From: Casimicrobiaceae bacterium
Lineage (GTDB): Bacteria > Pseudomonadota > Gammaproteobacteria > Burkholderiales > Casimicrobiaceae
Length of the DNA: 61,741 nt
Assembly (NCBI GenBank): GCA_035252665.1
Contig: DATFCW010000498.1
Span: 1-61,741 of the forward strand
Direction: 5' to 3'
In this document: piece by piece, positions 28,880-41,717 of the stretch
How the letters are laid out: every line of letters begins with the position of its first letter
How positions within the stretch are numbered: position 1 is the first letter of the stretch
Position numbers and translations under genes: made by a program
Notes under the pieces: model-generated
The model's database searches: none
The model's input: only the letters and a program-made list of their open reading frames with translations
What the model was told of the DNA's origin: nothing

Positions 28880-29881
28880 TCAACCCCTCGGACTCGCGTA
28901 CGTCGGCGAATTGCGTGAAGCAATCACGCCATTGACATCCGAGATCACGATCTCGACGCGCCGATTCATCTGCCGGCCGGCGGGGTTCGAATTGCTCGCT
29001 ACCGGATACTCCTCGCCGTAGCCGCGCGCGATGATTCGCGCCGGATCGATTCCGCGATCGATCAGCGCAAGCCGCACCGCGTCGGCTCGACGCTCCGACA
29101 ACACCTGGTTCGCGCCGGGATTGCCGACGCTGTCGGTGAATCCTTCGATGCTCACGCGGCGCTTCGGATAGGCGTTCATGAAATCGGCGAGGCGATCGAC
29201 GACGCGAACGCCGCCCGGGCTGAGATGCGCGCTTCCCGTGTCGAACAGCAGATCGCCGAGGGTCACCACCATGCCACGATCGGTCGGACGCGCATGCAAT
29301 TCGTCGAGTGCCGATTGCAGCGATTCCGCGCGTGCCTGCGCGCTCGACGCCTCCGCGCGTGCGGCTTCCGCCTGCTCGCGCGCTGCCTGCGCCTGCTTCG
29401 CTGCCTGCTCCGCTTGCTGCTGGGCGGCCACGGCGTTGGCGCGGTTGACGTCGGCCTGCGCCTGCGCACGCTCGGCATCTTCCTGCGCCCGCGCAGCCTC
29501 GCGGCGTGCGCGATCGGCTTCGCGCGTTCGGGCTTCGAGTTGCAAGCGGTCGCGCTCGGCGTTCTCCGTCTCGATCGACGCCTGCGACGCTTTGAGACGC
29601 GCGGTTTCCTCCGCGATGGAGGCGCGCGTCCACGCCAGGTAGGCGAGATGATGGACTTCCTCGAGGTCCTCACGGTTTTCCCAAGCGGCATCGGTGCGCC
29701 GCATCGCTTCGATCGCGCGATTCAGTTCGGTGGGCGCGAGCGAGACGACCTGCGGGTTGTTCTGCGCGGCACGCACCGCCGCACGCGCATCGTCGACTTC
29801 GGCGTCGCGCGCCGGCATCACCGCGCATGCGCCGAGCGCGAGCGCCGGGAGCGCGATGCCGATAAGGTTCCATGGTTTCAT
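28880..29881 (-). CDS. DUF4398 + OmpA-domain lipoprotein
   Basis: Lipobox LGAC, coiled coil, LFDTG, EGFTDSVG, LSERRA, NRRVEI. Confidence 0.9.
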   Translation of the reverse strand: MKPWNLIGIALPALALGACAVMPARDAEVDDARAAVRAAQNNPQVVSLAPTELNRAIEAMRRTDAAWENREDLEEVHHLAYLAWTRASIAEETARLKASQASIETENAERDRLQLEARTREADRARREAARAQEDAERAQAQADVNRANAVAAQQQAEQAAKQAQAAREQAEAARAEASSAQARAESLQSALDELHARPTDRGMVVTLGDLLFDTGSAHLSPGGVRVVDRLADFMNAYPKRRVSIEGFTDSVGNPGANQVLSERRADAVRLALIDRGIDPARIIARGYGEEYPVASNSNPAGRQMNRRVEIVISDVNGVIASRNSPTYASPRG

Positions 29882-29892
29882 GATGTGACTCC

Positions 29893-30282
29893 TCATTGCG
29901 GCGTACGGGCGATGTCGTCGTTCAGCGCGCGAATGCTCGCGCGCACCGCGGCGTCGGCATCGGCCGCTTTCGTCGCGCGTGACCGTGTAGCGGCGAGACG
30001 TGCGTCGACTTCGGCCTCCTCGGCCAGGTCGCGCGCGGTCGCGTAGTTGCCTTGCGAGACTTCGTCGTGGGCGCGTGCAAGCTTGCGTTGCGCATTGCCG
30101 AGATCCGCGGCGTCGTATCGCGCTGCGTCGGCGCTCACCGCGTCCGCGATGGCGGCGTCCGCGACGGCAAGTTGCGCGGTGGGTGCGGGCACGTCGACAG
30201 TCGCGCAGCCCACTGCGAGCAGGGCCACCGAGGCGACGCCCGCTAAGCGGAGCGTGCGTACGGGGGGAAAATAATCAGGCAT
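29893..30282 (-). CDS. DUF4398 lipoprotein
   Basis: Lipobox [15 protein letters not shown] motif; typical pairing with OmpA. Confidence 0.8.
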   Translation of the reverse strand: MPDYFPPVRTLRLAGVASVALLAVGCATVDVPAPTAQLAVADAAIADAVSADAARYDAADLGNAQRKLARAHDEVSQGNYATARDLAEEAEVDARLAATRSRATKAADADAAVRASIRALNDDIARTPQ

Positions 30283-30412
30283 GTCGATCTCCTCGTCGGA
30301 CGCGCAGGCTTGCTTCGTTCCGACGCGCTCCGACACGTTTTACCGATGCGCGGGGACGTGCGTGCCAAAAATTGCAAAAGCGACGACGACGCGCATGTGC
30401 GTATCGAACGCG

Positions 30413-30428
30413 AGCAAGATGCACGCCG
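30413..30428 (-). promoter_or_regulatory. Candidate sigma-54 promoter for DUF4398-ompA
   Basis: Minus strand CGGCGTGCATCTTGCT fits GG-N10-GC with TTGC. Confidence 0.35.
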
Positions 30429-30559
30429 TCGCAGCGCACACCGCGCCAGCGCGTGACAGCACTTCTTCCACGTCCCGCGGGCGCGGGAGTATGCTTGTTG
30501 GCCCGCGCGACAAGCGCGAAACGCGTTCGCACGGTACCCGGCATCGAAGGAGGAAAAAC

Positions 30560-31033
<474 letters not shown>

Positions 31034-31041
31034 GAGGCGAC

Positions 31042-33426
<2,385 letters not shown>

Positions 33427-33438
33427 GGAGGAGTTGTC

Positions 33439-34233
33439 ATGTACGCAGTCGAATTCGCGCAACCGAAGACGCTCGCCGACGCGGTGTCGCTGCTCGCGAC
33501 GACGGGCGGGCGGCCGCTCGCGGGCGGGCAAAGTCTGATCGCGGCGATGAAGTTGCGTTTGTCGCAACCGGGCACGCTCGTCGACCTGTCGGCGATTCCC
33601 GATCTTGGCGGGATTCGCAGGAGTGGCGAACGTCTGATGATCGGCGCGATGACCCGCCACGCGGAAATCGCCGCATCGGATGTCGTCAAGGCCGCGGCGC
33701 CGGCATTGGCCGAAGTCGCTGAGGGAATTGGCGATCGTCAGGTGCGCAACATGGGCACGATTGGTGGATCGCTCGCGAACAACGATCCGGCGGCGGACTG
33801 GCCCGCGGCGGTCCTCGCGACCGGTGCGACCGTGCGCACGAATCAGCGCGCGATCGCGGCCGACGATTTCTTCAAGGGCATGTTCGAGACCGCGCTCGCG
33901 CCCGACGAGATCATCACCGCGGTCGATTTTCCGGTCGTCGCGCGCGCGGCCTACGCGAAGTTTCCCAATCCCGCGTCACGCTTTGCGCTGGTGGGGGTGT
34001 TCGTTTCGCGCGCCGCGAACGGCAAGGTGCGCGTCGCGGTGACCGGCGCGGCGCCGTGCGTGTTTCGCGCAACGGCGATCGAGAATGCGCTCGCGAAGAG
34101 TTTCACGCCGGCGGCGGCAAAGGGTGTTGCGATCGATCCGAGCGGGCTCAACAGCGATTTGCACGGCTCGGCCGAGTATCGCGCGCATCTGATCGGCGTG
34201 ATGGCGTCGCGCGCCGTCGCGGCAATCGCCTGA
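33439..34233 (+). CDS. coxM: FAD-binding subunit
   Basis: AGGQSL, RNMGTIGGS, DPAAD. Confidence 0.92.
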   Translation: MYAVEFAQPKTLADAVSLLATTGGRPLAGGQSLIAAMKLRLSQPGTLVDLSAIPDLGGIRRSGERLMIGAMTRHAEIAASDVVKAAAPALAEVAEGIGDRQVRNMGTIGGSLANNDPAADWPAAVLATGATVRTNQRAIAADDFFKGMFETALAPDEIITAVDFPVVARAAYAKFPNPASRFALVGVFVSRAANGKVRVAVTGAAPCVFRATAIENALAKSFTPAAAKGVAIDPSGLNSDLHGSAEYRAHLIGVMASRAVAAIA

Positions 34234-34251
34234 CGAAACGCCATGCACGAA

Positions 34252-34285
34252 ACGAAACGGGCGACCTTCGGGTCGCCCGTTTCGT
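34252..34285. terminator. Hairpin terminator after coxM
   Basis: ACGAAACGGGCGACC-TTCG-GGTCGCCCGTTTCGT perfect stem with UUCG tetraloop. Confidence 0.75.
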
Positions 34286-34820
34286 CATATGCCGAGCTCC
34301 GTCGCTAGTCGGCGCGGACGACGCCGGCGCCGTTCACAGGCTCGGACGAATCAGCCCGAGGCGAAACGTGCGCGACGTTCCTGATCAGTCGTCGATCGAC
34401 GTCCGGCGCGGAGAGGCTCGCCGGCAAGGCGCACGGCGCGGCGGCCGCATGGTTTCGCTGGCGGAACGCGTGTCGAACGGCCGAAGCGCGTTGGGTCGCC
34501 CGCTTCGCGTCGATGAACGCGCGACCGGCGCGACTCGCAACTGCACGCCAATCGGGACAGGTCATTTTCAACCCGTCGTCGGCACCTGCCCAAGCGTTGA
34601 TGCGACGACCATCTTGACGCGCACCGACGACGACTTGCGTTGCCATCCGGCGTCACTCGTTCGCAGCGTCGAAGAGCGAACGAATGTGCCTATCGTGGAT
34701 GACTCGAACGAGGCAAGGGTTCGCGTGCGTCGTGCTGCCGGACACGGGACGCTTCCCAGTAGTCATCCTCCCGTAAAATACGTCGCTGGCGAGTCGCACG
34801 AGCGCACGCACTTCATCACG

Positions 34821-35732
34821 ATGGAGTCACCTCTTCCCACGTCGGTCGACGCAACGCTCGCGCTCCTCGAGCAGCAGGACTACGTCGCGGAGCGACGCCT
34901 TGCGACCGCGGTCTTCCTCGCGCTGAAGCTCGCGCGCCCGCTGTTCCTCGAAGGCGAGGCGGGCGTGGGCAAGACGGAAATCGCGAAGGTGCTCGCGGCG
35001 GGCCTCGCGCGTCCGCTCGTCCGATTGCAGTGTTACGAGGGCCTCGACACGGCAGCCGCGGTGTACGAGTGGAATTACCCGCGGCAGATGATCGAGATTC
35101 GTCTCGCGGAAGCGGCGGGTGGCGTCGAGCGAAGCGAGCTTTCGCACGACATTTTCACGACGCGATTTCTGCTCCGCCGGCCGTTGCTCCAGGCGCTTTC
35201 CCCGGAAGACGACGGTGCGCCGCCGGTGCTCCTGATCGACGAGCTCGATCGCGCCGACGAGCCGTTCGAAGCGTATCTGCTCGAAGTGTTGTCCGACTTT
35301 CAGGTGACGATTCCCGAGCTTGGCACCATCCGCGCACAGAAGCCGCCGATCGTCGTGATCACGTCGAATCGCACGCGCGAAATCCACGACGCGATCAAGC
35401 GTCGCTGCCTCTATCATTGGCTCGACTATCCCGACGCCGAGCGCGAGCTTGCGATCGTCGCGCGCAAATGTCCCGCGGCGTCGGGATCGCTTGCGCGCGA
35501 GGTCGTCGCGTTTACGCAAAAGCTTCGCACGCTCGATCTGTTCAAGGCGCCGGGGATCGCCGAGACGCTCGATTGGGCGGAAGCGCTCGTCGCGCTCGAT
35601 CGCATCACGCTCGATCCGCAGACCGTCGCCGACACGCTCGGCGCGCTGCTGAAGTACCAGGACGACGTGGCCGCGATCACGCCTGACGTCGCGGCGAAGC
35701 TCGTGCGCGAGGCGCAATCGCAAACGGCATGA
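34821..35732 (+). CDS. coxD: MoxR-family AAA+ ATPase
   Basis: GEAGVGKT, LQCYEGLD, LLIDELDR, KRRC. Confidence 0.9.
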   Translation: MESPLPTSVDATLALLEQQDYVAERRLATAVFLALKLARPLFLEGEAGVGKTEIAKVLAAGLARPLVRLQCYEGLDTAAAVYEWNYPRQMIEIRLAEAAGGVERSELSHDIFTTRFLLRRPLLQALSPEDDGAPPVLLIDELDRADEPFEAYLLEVLSDFQVTIPELGTIRAQKPPIVVITSNRTREIHDAIKRRCLYHWLDYPDAERELAIVARKCPAASGSLAREVVAFTQKLRTLDLFKAPGIAETLDWAEALVALDRITLDPQTVADTLGALLKYQDDVAAITPDVAAKLVREAQSQTA

Positions 35733-36967
35733 GCACGCGAGCAATCGAATCGACCCCTCACTCCAGCCCTGTTCCCGCTGGGGAGAGGGAGAGAAACGGA
35801 CATCTGGCGCACAACGTCCTCTACTTCGTTCGCGTGCTGCGCTCGGCCGGATTGCCCGTCGGCCCCGCGAAGGTGATCGACGCCCTTGCGGCGGTCGAGG
35901 CCGTCGGCGTCGAACATCGCACCGACTTTCGCGAAGCGCTTGCGACAGTCCTCGTCTCGCGCCGCGAACACTTGGCAATCTTCGAGCAGGCGTTCGACAT
36001 GTTCTGGCGCAATCCGCGGCTGCTCGAGAAAATGATTGCCGCATTGTTGCCGAAGATCCACGGACGCGTGCCCGATGCGGAAGACCTTCCGGCGCGACTC
36101 GCGCAGGCGATGCTGCCGGGATCGGTGCACGAAGCCCACGACGAACGCGAAACCGAGCTCGACGCCGCGCTGTCGTTCTCGGCGCGCGAGGTGCTCCAGC
36201 ACAAGGACTTCGCCACGATGACCGCGGAAGAGCTCGCCGAAGTCAAGGCGCTGTTGCGCAGGATCAAGCTGCCGCTTCCCGCGCGCCCGATGCGAAGGAC
36301 GGTCGCGTCGTCGCGCGGTCACGCGATCGATCTTCGTGCGACGCTGCGTCGAAGCGTCGGCGCAAATGCCGCGCTCGCACCGCTTCGCTATCGCGCGCGC
36401 CGGCGTCGCGCGCCGCCGCTTTGCGTTCTGTGCGACATTTCGGGGTCGATGGATCGCTACGCGCGCATGCTGCTGCACTTCCTGCACGCGATCACCAACG
36501 ACCGCCATCGCGTCCACGTGCTCACCTTCGGCACGCGGCTTACCAACATCACGCGACATCTTCGTCATCGGGACGTCGACGTTGCGCTCGCGCGCGTCGC
36601 CGATGTGGTCGCCGATTGGGCCGGCGGCACGCGGATCGGCGTGTGCCTCACGCAATTCAATCGCGGCTGGTCGCGCCGACTGCTCGGACAAAATGCGGTG
36701 GTGCTGCTGATCAGCGACGGCCTGGACGCCGATGCAGGCGAGGGGCTCGCGTTCGAGGCCGAGCGGCTCGCCAAGTCGTGCGCGCGCCTCGTATGGCTCA
36801 ATCCGCTTTTGCGCTATCCCGGCTTCGAGGCGCGACCGGCGGGCATTCGCGCGCTTTTGCCCTACGTCGACGACTTCCTTCCGGTGCACAATCTGGAAAC
36901 GCTGACCGATCTCGCGAAGGCGCTCGCCGCGCCGCATCGCCGAACCGTTCGGTCGGTTGCCGTCTAG
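35729..36967 (+). CDS. coxE: VWA-domain CoxE-like protein
   Basis: DISGSM MIDAS, WAGGTRIG, ISDGLD, WLNPL. Confidence 0.9.
   Translation: MSTRAIESTPHSSPVPAGERERNGHLAHNVLYFVRVLRSAGLPVGPAKVIDALAAVEAVGVEHRTDFREALATVLVSRREHLAIFEQAFDMFWRNPRLLEKMIAALLPKIHGRVPDAEDLPARLAQAMLPGSVHEAHDERETELDAALSFSAREVLQHKDFATMTAEELAEVKALLRRIKLPLPARPMRRTVASSRGHAIDLRATLRRSVGANAALAPLRYRARRRRAPPLCVLCDISGSMDRYARMLLHFLHAITNDRHRVHVLTFGTRLTNITRHLRHRDVDVALARVADVVADWAGGTRIGVCLTQFNRGWSRRLLGQNAVVLLISDGLDADAGEGLAFEAERLAKSCARLVWLNPLLRYPGFEARPAGIRALLPYVDDFLPVHNLETLTDLAKALAAPHRRTVRSVAV
35754..35791 (+). repeat. Degenerate CCCTCACCCC..CCCTCTCCC..GGGAGAGGG palindrome in the coxE 5' coding region
   Basis: CCCCTCACTCCAGCCCTGTTCCCGCTGGGGAGAGGGAG encodes PHSSPVPAGERE; relative in dnaE2. 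Confidence 0.65.
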
Positions 36968-36985
36968 CGCGAGGCACTTCCCGCG

Positions 36986-37597
36986 ATGGAACTGTCCAAT
37001 ACTCGTATCGTCCCGGCGCCGCCAGCCACCGTCTGGGAAGCGTTGAACGATCCGGCGGTCCTGAAGGCGTGCCTGCCGGGATGCGAATCCTTCGAGCGCG
37101 AAGGGCACAACGCGTACGCGGTGGTCATGTCGGCGCGGGTGGGCCCGGTGTCCGCGCGGTTCAACGGGAAGATGTCGATGAGCGACGTGGTTCCGCCGGT
37201 GAGCTACACGTTGCGTTTCGAAGGGCAGGGCGGCGCGGCCGGATTCGCGCGCGGCGAAGCGAGCGTGACGTTAGCGCCCGAGGGTGAGCAGCATACGTCG
37301 CTCACTTACCGCGCCAAGGCGCAGGTGGGCGGTAAGCTCGCGCAAATCGGCTCGCGTCTCGTCGACGGTGCGGCGGCAAAGCTCGCCGACGATTTCTTTG
37401 CGCGCTTCGTCGCGCGTTTCGACATGCAGCCGGGCGTGGCAGGCAGCGCGTCGCGTGCGGCCCCCGCTTCGCCGGTTTCTCCCGAAGCGCCGCCGGCGCC
37501 GATCAGCCCGCCGGGAGGCGCGACATGGATTCGCTACGCAGCGATCGTCGCGCTCGTCATCGTGCTGATCGTGCTGTATACGCGCGGCTATCGATAG
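36986..37597 (+). CDS. coxG: CoxG (SRPBCC) with C-terminal membrane anchor
   Basis: VWEALNDP.VLKACLPGC, VGGKLAQIGSRL, C-terminal TM helix. Confidence 0.9.
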   Translation: MELSNTRIVPAPPATVWEALNDPAVLKACLPGCESFEREGHNAYAVVMSARVGPVSARFNGKMSMSDVVPPVSYTLRFEGQGGAAGFARGEASVTLAPEGEQHTSLTYRAKAQVGGKLAQIGSRLVDGAAAKLADDFFARFVARFDMQPGVAGSASRAAPASPVSPEAPPAPISPPGGATWIRYAAIVALVIVLIVLYTRGYR

Positions 37598-37600
37598 GGA

Positions 37601-38653
37601 ATGGCGATGGACAGCGTTGATCTCGAGGTTCTGCGCAAGAGCGCCGAATGGGTCGAGGAGGGCCGGCGCGTGCTCCTCGTAACGGTCGTGAAGACGTGGG
37701 GCAGCTCGCCGCGGCCCGAAGGTGCGATGCTCGCCGTTCGCGAGGACGGCCTCGTCGTCGGCTCGGTCTCCGGCGGTTGCATCGAGGACGATATCGTCGA
37801 CCGCTCGCGAAAGGAGGGGCAGTGCGCGACGAAGTGCCAGGTCGTCACCTATGGCGTGTCGGCCGACGAGGCGCGCCGGTTCGGATTGCCCTGCGGCGGC
37901 ACGATCGAGCTTGTGCTCGAACCGCTGACGCGCGAATCGGGCATGCGTGCGCTTTTGCGCGAAGTCGAGACGGGTCATCTCGTCGCGCGAAAGCTCGACC
38001 TCGCATCCGGCTTCGCGACGCTGCATCCGGCGAAGCCGTCCGACGGTCTCGCGTTCGACGGCAAGATATTGCGGACGATCCATGGCCCGCGCTATCGAAT
38101 GCTCGTGATCGGCGCATCGCAACTGTCGAAATACCTGGCGCAGATCGCCGTGGGCCTGGGCTACGACGTGACGATCTGCGATCCGCGCGACGAGTACACC
38201 GAGACGTGGGACGTTCCCGGCGTTCGCCTCGTGCGCACGATGCCCGACGACACGGTGCAGGCGATGCATCTCGACGAGCGCTGTGCCGTGATCGCACTCA
38301 CGCACGATCCGAAGCTCGACGATCTGGCGCTGCTGGAAGCGCTCAAGTCACCTGCGTTTTATGTCGGCGCGATCGGCTCGCGCGCGAACAACGAGAAGCG
38401 GCGCGAACGGCTGCGTGAATTCGAGCTCACCGACGACGAGATCGCACGCCTGCACGGACCGATCGGGCTTTTCATCGGAAGCCGCACGCCGCCGGAGATC
38501 GCGATCTCGATCCTCGCCGAAGTGACCGCAATCAAGAACGGCGTCGATCCGCACGAGATTCGCTCGGTGGCGGCGGCGAAGGCCGCTCGTGCCCGGCAGC
38601 CGGCCTGTAGCGTGCTCGACCAAGCGCCGGATCGCGCCCACGCCGTGCGCTAG
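37601..38653 (+). CDS. xdhC: XdhC/CoxI-family Moco insertion chaperone
   Basis: [45 protein letters not shown]. Confidence 0.9.
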   Translation: MAMDSVDLEVLRKSAEWVEEGRRVLLVTVVKTWGSSPRPEGAMLAVREDGLVVGSVSGGCIEDDIVDRSRKEGQCATKCQVVTYGVSADEARRFGLPCGGTIELVLEPLTRESGMRALLREVETGHLVARKLDLASGFATLHPAKPSDGLAFDGKILRTIHGPRYRMLVIGASQLSKYLAQIAVGLGYDVTICDPRDEYTETWDVPGVRLVRTMPDDTVQAMHLDERCAVIALTHDPKLDDLALLEALKSPAFYVGAIGSRANNEKRRERLREFELTDDEIARLHGPIGLFIGSRTPPEIAISILAEVTAIKNGVDPHEIRSVAAAKAARARQPACSVLDQAPDRAHAVR

Positions 38654-38667
38654 AAGCGCCGTACTCG

Positions 38668-39966
38668 ATGACCCTCGCGTACCAATCCGGCTTCGCCAGC
38701 GAGCATTCAACCGAAGCGCTCGAAGGCGCGTTGCCGATCGGACGCAATTCGCCGCAGCGTGCGCCGTATGGTCTATACGCGGAGCAGCTTTCGGGCACCG
38801 CGTTCACGGCGCCGCGTCATGCGAATAGGCGCACCTGGCTTTATCGGATTCGCCCGGCACTCTTGCATGGCGCGTTCGAACCCCTTGCTCAGCCGCGCGT
38901 CGTTACGGCGCCAATCGAGACGATTGCGCCGCCGAATCCGATGCGCTGGGACCCGTTTCCGTTTCCCGACGCACCGACCGATTTCGTCGACGGACTCGCA
39001 ACGATCGCGTGCAACGGCAACGCCGCGACGCAGTCCGGCATCGGCATTCATATCTACGCGGTGAACCGGTCGATGCGCGAGCGCTGGCTCTACGATGCAG
39101 AAGGCGAGCTTCTGGTCGTGCCGCAAACCGGCGACCTGCGCATCGCGACCGAGCTTGGCATGCTGGATGTCGCGCCGGGCGGGATCGCGCTCCTGCCGCG
39201 TGGCATGCGCTTCGGGATCGCGCTCGCCGACGAGTCGAAGCCCGCGCGCGGTTATGTCTGCGAAAACTACGGCATGCAACTTCGCCTGCCGGAGCTCGGT
39301 CCGATCGGCGCGAACGGACTTGCAAGTGCGCGTGATTTTCTCGCTCCCACGGCCTGCTATGACGAGCGCGAGGGTCCGTTCGAATTGATCGCGAAATTTG
39401 GTGGACGACTTTGGCGCGCGCCAATCGATCACAGCCCGCTCGACGTCGTCGCATGGCACGGCAACTACGCGCCCTACAAGTACGACCTTGCCCGCTTCAA
39501 TGCGATGAACACGGTGAGCTTCGATCATGCGGATCCGTCGATCTTCACCGTGCTGACATCGCCGTCCGACACGATGGGCACCGCGAATGTCGACTTCGTC
39601 ATTTTTCCGCCGCGATGGCAGGTCGCCGAGGACACGTTCCGCCCGCCGTGGTACCACCGCAACGTGATGAGCGAGTACATGGGGCTCGTGCGTGGCGCCT
39701 ACGACGCAAAAGCGGAAGGCTTCGTGCCGGGCGGCGCGAGCCTGCACAATGCGATGACGGGGCATGGACCCGACGCGGCGACGTTCGAGCGCGCGTCGCA
39801 GGCGAAGCTCGCGCCGCAGAAGCTCGCCGACACGCTTGCGTTCATGTTCGAAAGCCGCTACGTGATTCACCCGACGCCGTTCGCGCTCGAAGCGCCGCAG
39901 CTGCAGCGCGACTACCAGGCGTGCTGGCGCGGGCTTGCGAAACATTTCGATCGCGCACGACCATGA
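38668..39966 (+). CDS. hmgA: Homogentisate 1,2-dioxygenase
   Basis: [38 protein letters not shown]. Confidence 0.96.
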   Translation: MTLAYQSGFASEHSTEALEGALPIGRNSPQRAPYGLYAEQLSGTAFTAPRHANRRTWLYRIRPALLHGAFEPLAQPRVVTAPIETIAPPNPMRWDPFPFPDAPTDFVDGLATIACNGNAATQSGIGIHIYAVNRSMRERWLYDAEGELLVVPQTGDLRIATELGMLDVAPGGIALLPRGMRFGIALADESKPARGYVCENYGMQLRLPELGPIGANGLASARDFLAPTACYDEREGPFELIAKFGGRLWRAPIDHSPLDVVAWHGNYAPYKYDLARFNAMNTVSFDHADPSIFTVLTSPSDTMGTANVDFVIFPPRWQVAEDTFRPPWYHRNVMSEYMGLVRGAYDAKAEGFVPGGASLHNAMTGHGPDAATFERASQAKLAPQKLADTLAFMFESRYVIHPTPFALEAPQLQRDYQACWRGLAKHFDRARP

Positions 39967-40130
39967 GCGCGAAGGACCGCCCCGAGCGCGAATTGCGCCC
40001 CCTCGGGGGCCAGCGAAGCAGCGGAGCTGCGAGCGTGGGGTCCATGAGCGCGAAGGGCCGCCCCGAGCGCGAATTGCGCCCCCTTCGGGGGCAGCGCAGC
40101 GACGAAGTCGCAAGCGTGGGGGTCCTTTGA
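39963..40130 (+). repeat. Two tandem ~81-87 bp repeat units forming a 55-aa mini-ORF between hmgA and fahA
   Basis: Units start ATGAGCGCGAAGG at 39963 and 40044; the ORF overlaps the hmgA stop (ATGA) and the fahA start (TTGA). Confidence 0.88.
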
Positions 40131-41401
40131 ACCCCGGCGATCCGAAGCTCAAGTCCTTCGTCACGGTCGCCAAGGACTCGCATTTTCCGATCCAGAACCT
40201 TCCGTACGGCGTATTTACGACGCCCGCGAACTATTCGCCGCGCGTCGGCGTTGCGATCGGCGATCAGGTGCTCGATCTGTCGGTCGTCGAGCAGGCGGGG
40301 TTGATCGATGTCGTGCCCGGCGAGCGGCTCTTCAATCGCTCGACGCTGAACGCATTCATCGAGCGCGGTCCGGAAGTGTGGCGACGCGCGCGCGTGGCGA
40401 TCACGGATCTGCTGAAAGCAGAAAATGCGCGACTCCGCGACGATGCGCGGCTTCGCGCGCGCGCCTTCGCGCCGCAATCCGCAGCGAAGATGCTGCTGCC
40501 GCTGTCGATTCCCGGTTATACCGACTTCTATTCGTCGAAGGAGCACGCGACGAACGTCGGCTCGATGTTTCGCGATCCGGCGCACGCGTTGTTGCCGAAT
40601 TGGTTGTACGTGCCGATCGCGTACAACGGTCGCGCGAGCTCGATCGTCGTCTCCGGAACGCCCGTGCTGCGTCCGAACGGTCAGACGCGGGCGGCCAATG
40701 CGCAGAAGCCGACATTCGGCCCGTCGCGGCGCCTCGACTTCGAGCTCGAGACGGCGTTCGTCGTCGGCGTTGGGAATACGCAAGGCGAGCCGATTCCTGC
40801 GTCTTCGGCGCTGTCGCACGTGTTCGGCATGGTGTTGATGAACGACTGGAGCGCGCGCGACTTGCAGCAGTGGGAATACATTCCGCTCGGGCCATTCAAC
40901 AGCAAGTCGTTCGCGACGTCCATTTCGCCATGGGTCGTCACGATCGATGCGCTCGAGCCGTTTCGCGTCGACGGTCCAGCGCAGGATCCTCCGCCGCTGC
41001 CTTATCTCGAAACCAGCGGTCCACAGGCGTACGACATTCATCTGGAGGCGCAGCTTGCGCCGGCCGGCGGCAAGCCTTCGACGATCTCGCGCACGAACTT
41101 CCGCGGCATGTACTGGAGCATCGCACAGCAGCTCGCGCATCACACGATATCCGGATGCAACGTGCGCGTTGGCGACTTGATGGGTTCGGGAACGATCAGC
41201 GGGCCGACGCCGGACAGTTGCGGATCGTTGCTCGAGATCACCGCGAACGGCACGCGACCGCTTCGCCTCGCGAACGACGTCGAGCGCCGCTTTCTCGAGG
41301 ACGACGACGAGGTGATTCTCAGCGGCTACGCGCAGGCGAAGGATTATCGCGTCGGTTTTGGCGAGCTGCGCGGAAAGGTGATCGCGGCGCGCTCGCTGTA
41401 G
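40127..41401 (+). CDS. fahA: Fumarylacetoacetase
   Basis: FPIQNLPYG, YTDFYSS.EHA, LDFELE, NDWSARD.Q.WE..PLGPF, GSGTISG; TTG start inferred. Confidence 0.94.
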   Translation: MNPGDPKLKSFVTVAKDSHFPIQNLPYGVFTTPANYSPRVGVAIGDQVLDLSVVEQAGLIDVVPGERLFNRSTLNAFIERGPEVWRRARVAITDLLKAENARLRDDARLRARAFAPQSAAKMLLPLSIPGYTDFYSSKEHATNVGSMFRDPAHALLPNWLYVPIAYNGRASSIVVSGTPVLRPNGQTRAANAQKPTFGPSRRLDFELETAFVVGVGNTQGEPIPASSALSHVFGMVLMNDWSARDLQQWEYIPLGPFNSKSFATSISPWVVTIDALEPFRVDGPAQDPPPLPYLETSGPQAYDIHLEAQLAPAGGKPSTISRTNFRGMYWSIAQQLAHHTISGCNVRVGDLMGSGTISGPTPDSCGSLLEITANGTRPLRLANDVERRFLEDDDEVILSGYAQAKDYRVGFGELRGKVIAARSL

Positions 41402-41717
41402 CGGCGAATCGCGGAATCACGTCGTTCCGAGGCCGAGCATTCTCCGCTAAGCTCGATCGCGACGATCTTGCCACTCTGCATGATGTAGATCGAGGTGCGT
41501 CATGGACCTCTGTCGAGAAGTCGCGGTGTGAAACCGGAATTGTCGTGCACCGGCCATCGATCGACGAACGGCCGATAAATCCGCGTAAAAATTCGACCAG
41601 CTCCGAGCGAAGCGTCGAACGACGTCAGTTTGCGGCACGTCATGACCGCCTGCTTGGCGGGAACCGCAATCCTGCGCAGCGCCAGGCGCTCGGATTCGAT
41701 GGGTAGATACAGGAAGC

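Noticed and set aside
34305-34646. 113-aa minus-strand ORF in the coxM-coxD gap
   Set aside because: No motif and no clear RBS; I cannot support it as a gene, although the ~590-bp gap is unexplained
41402-41717. Intergenic stretch with short ORFs between fahA and dnaE2
   Set aside because: No recognisable protein or RNA motif
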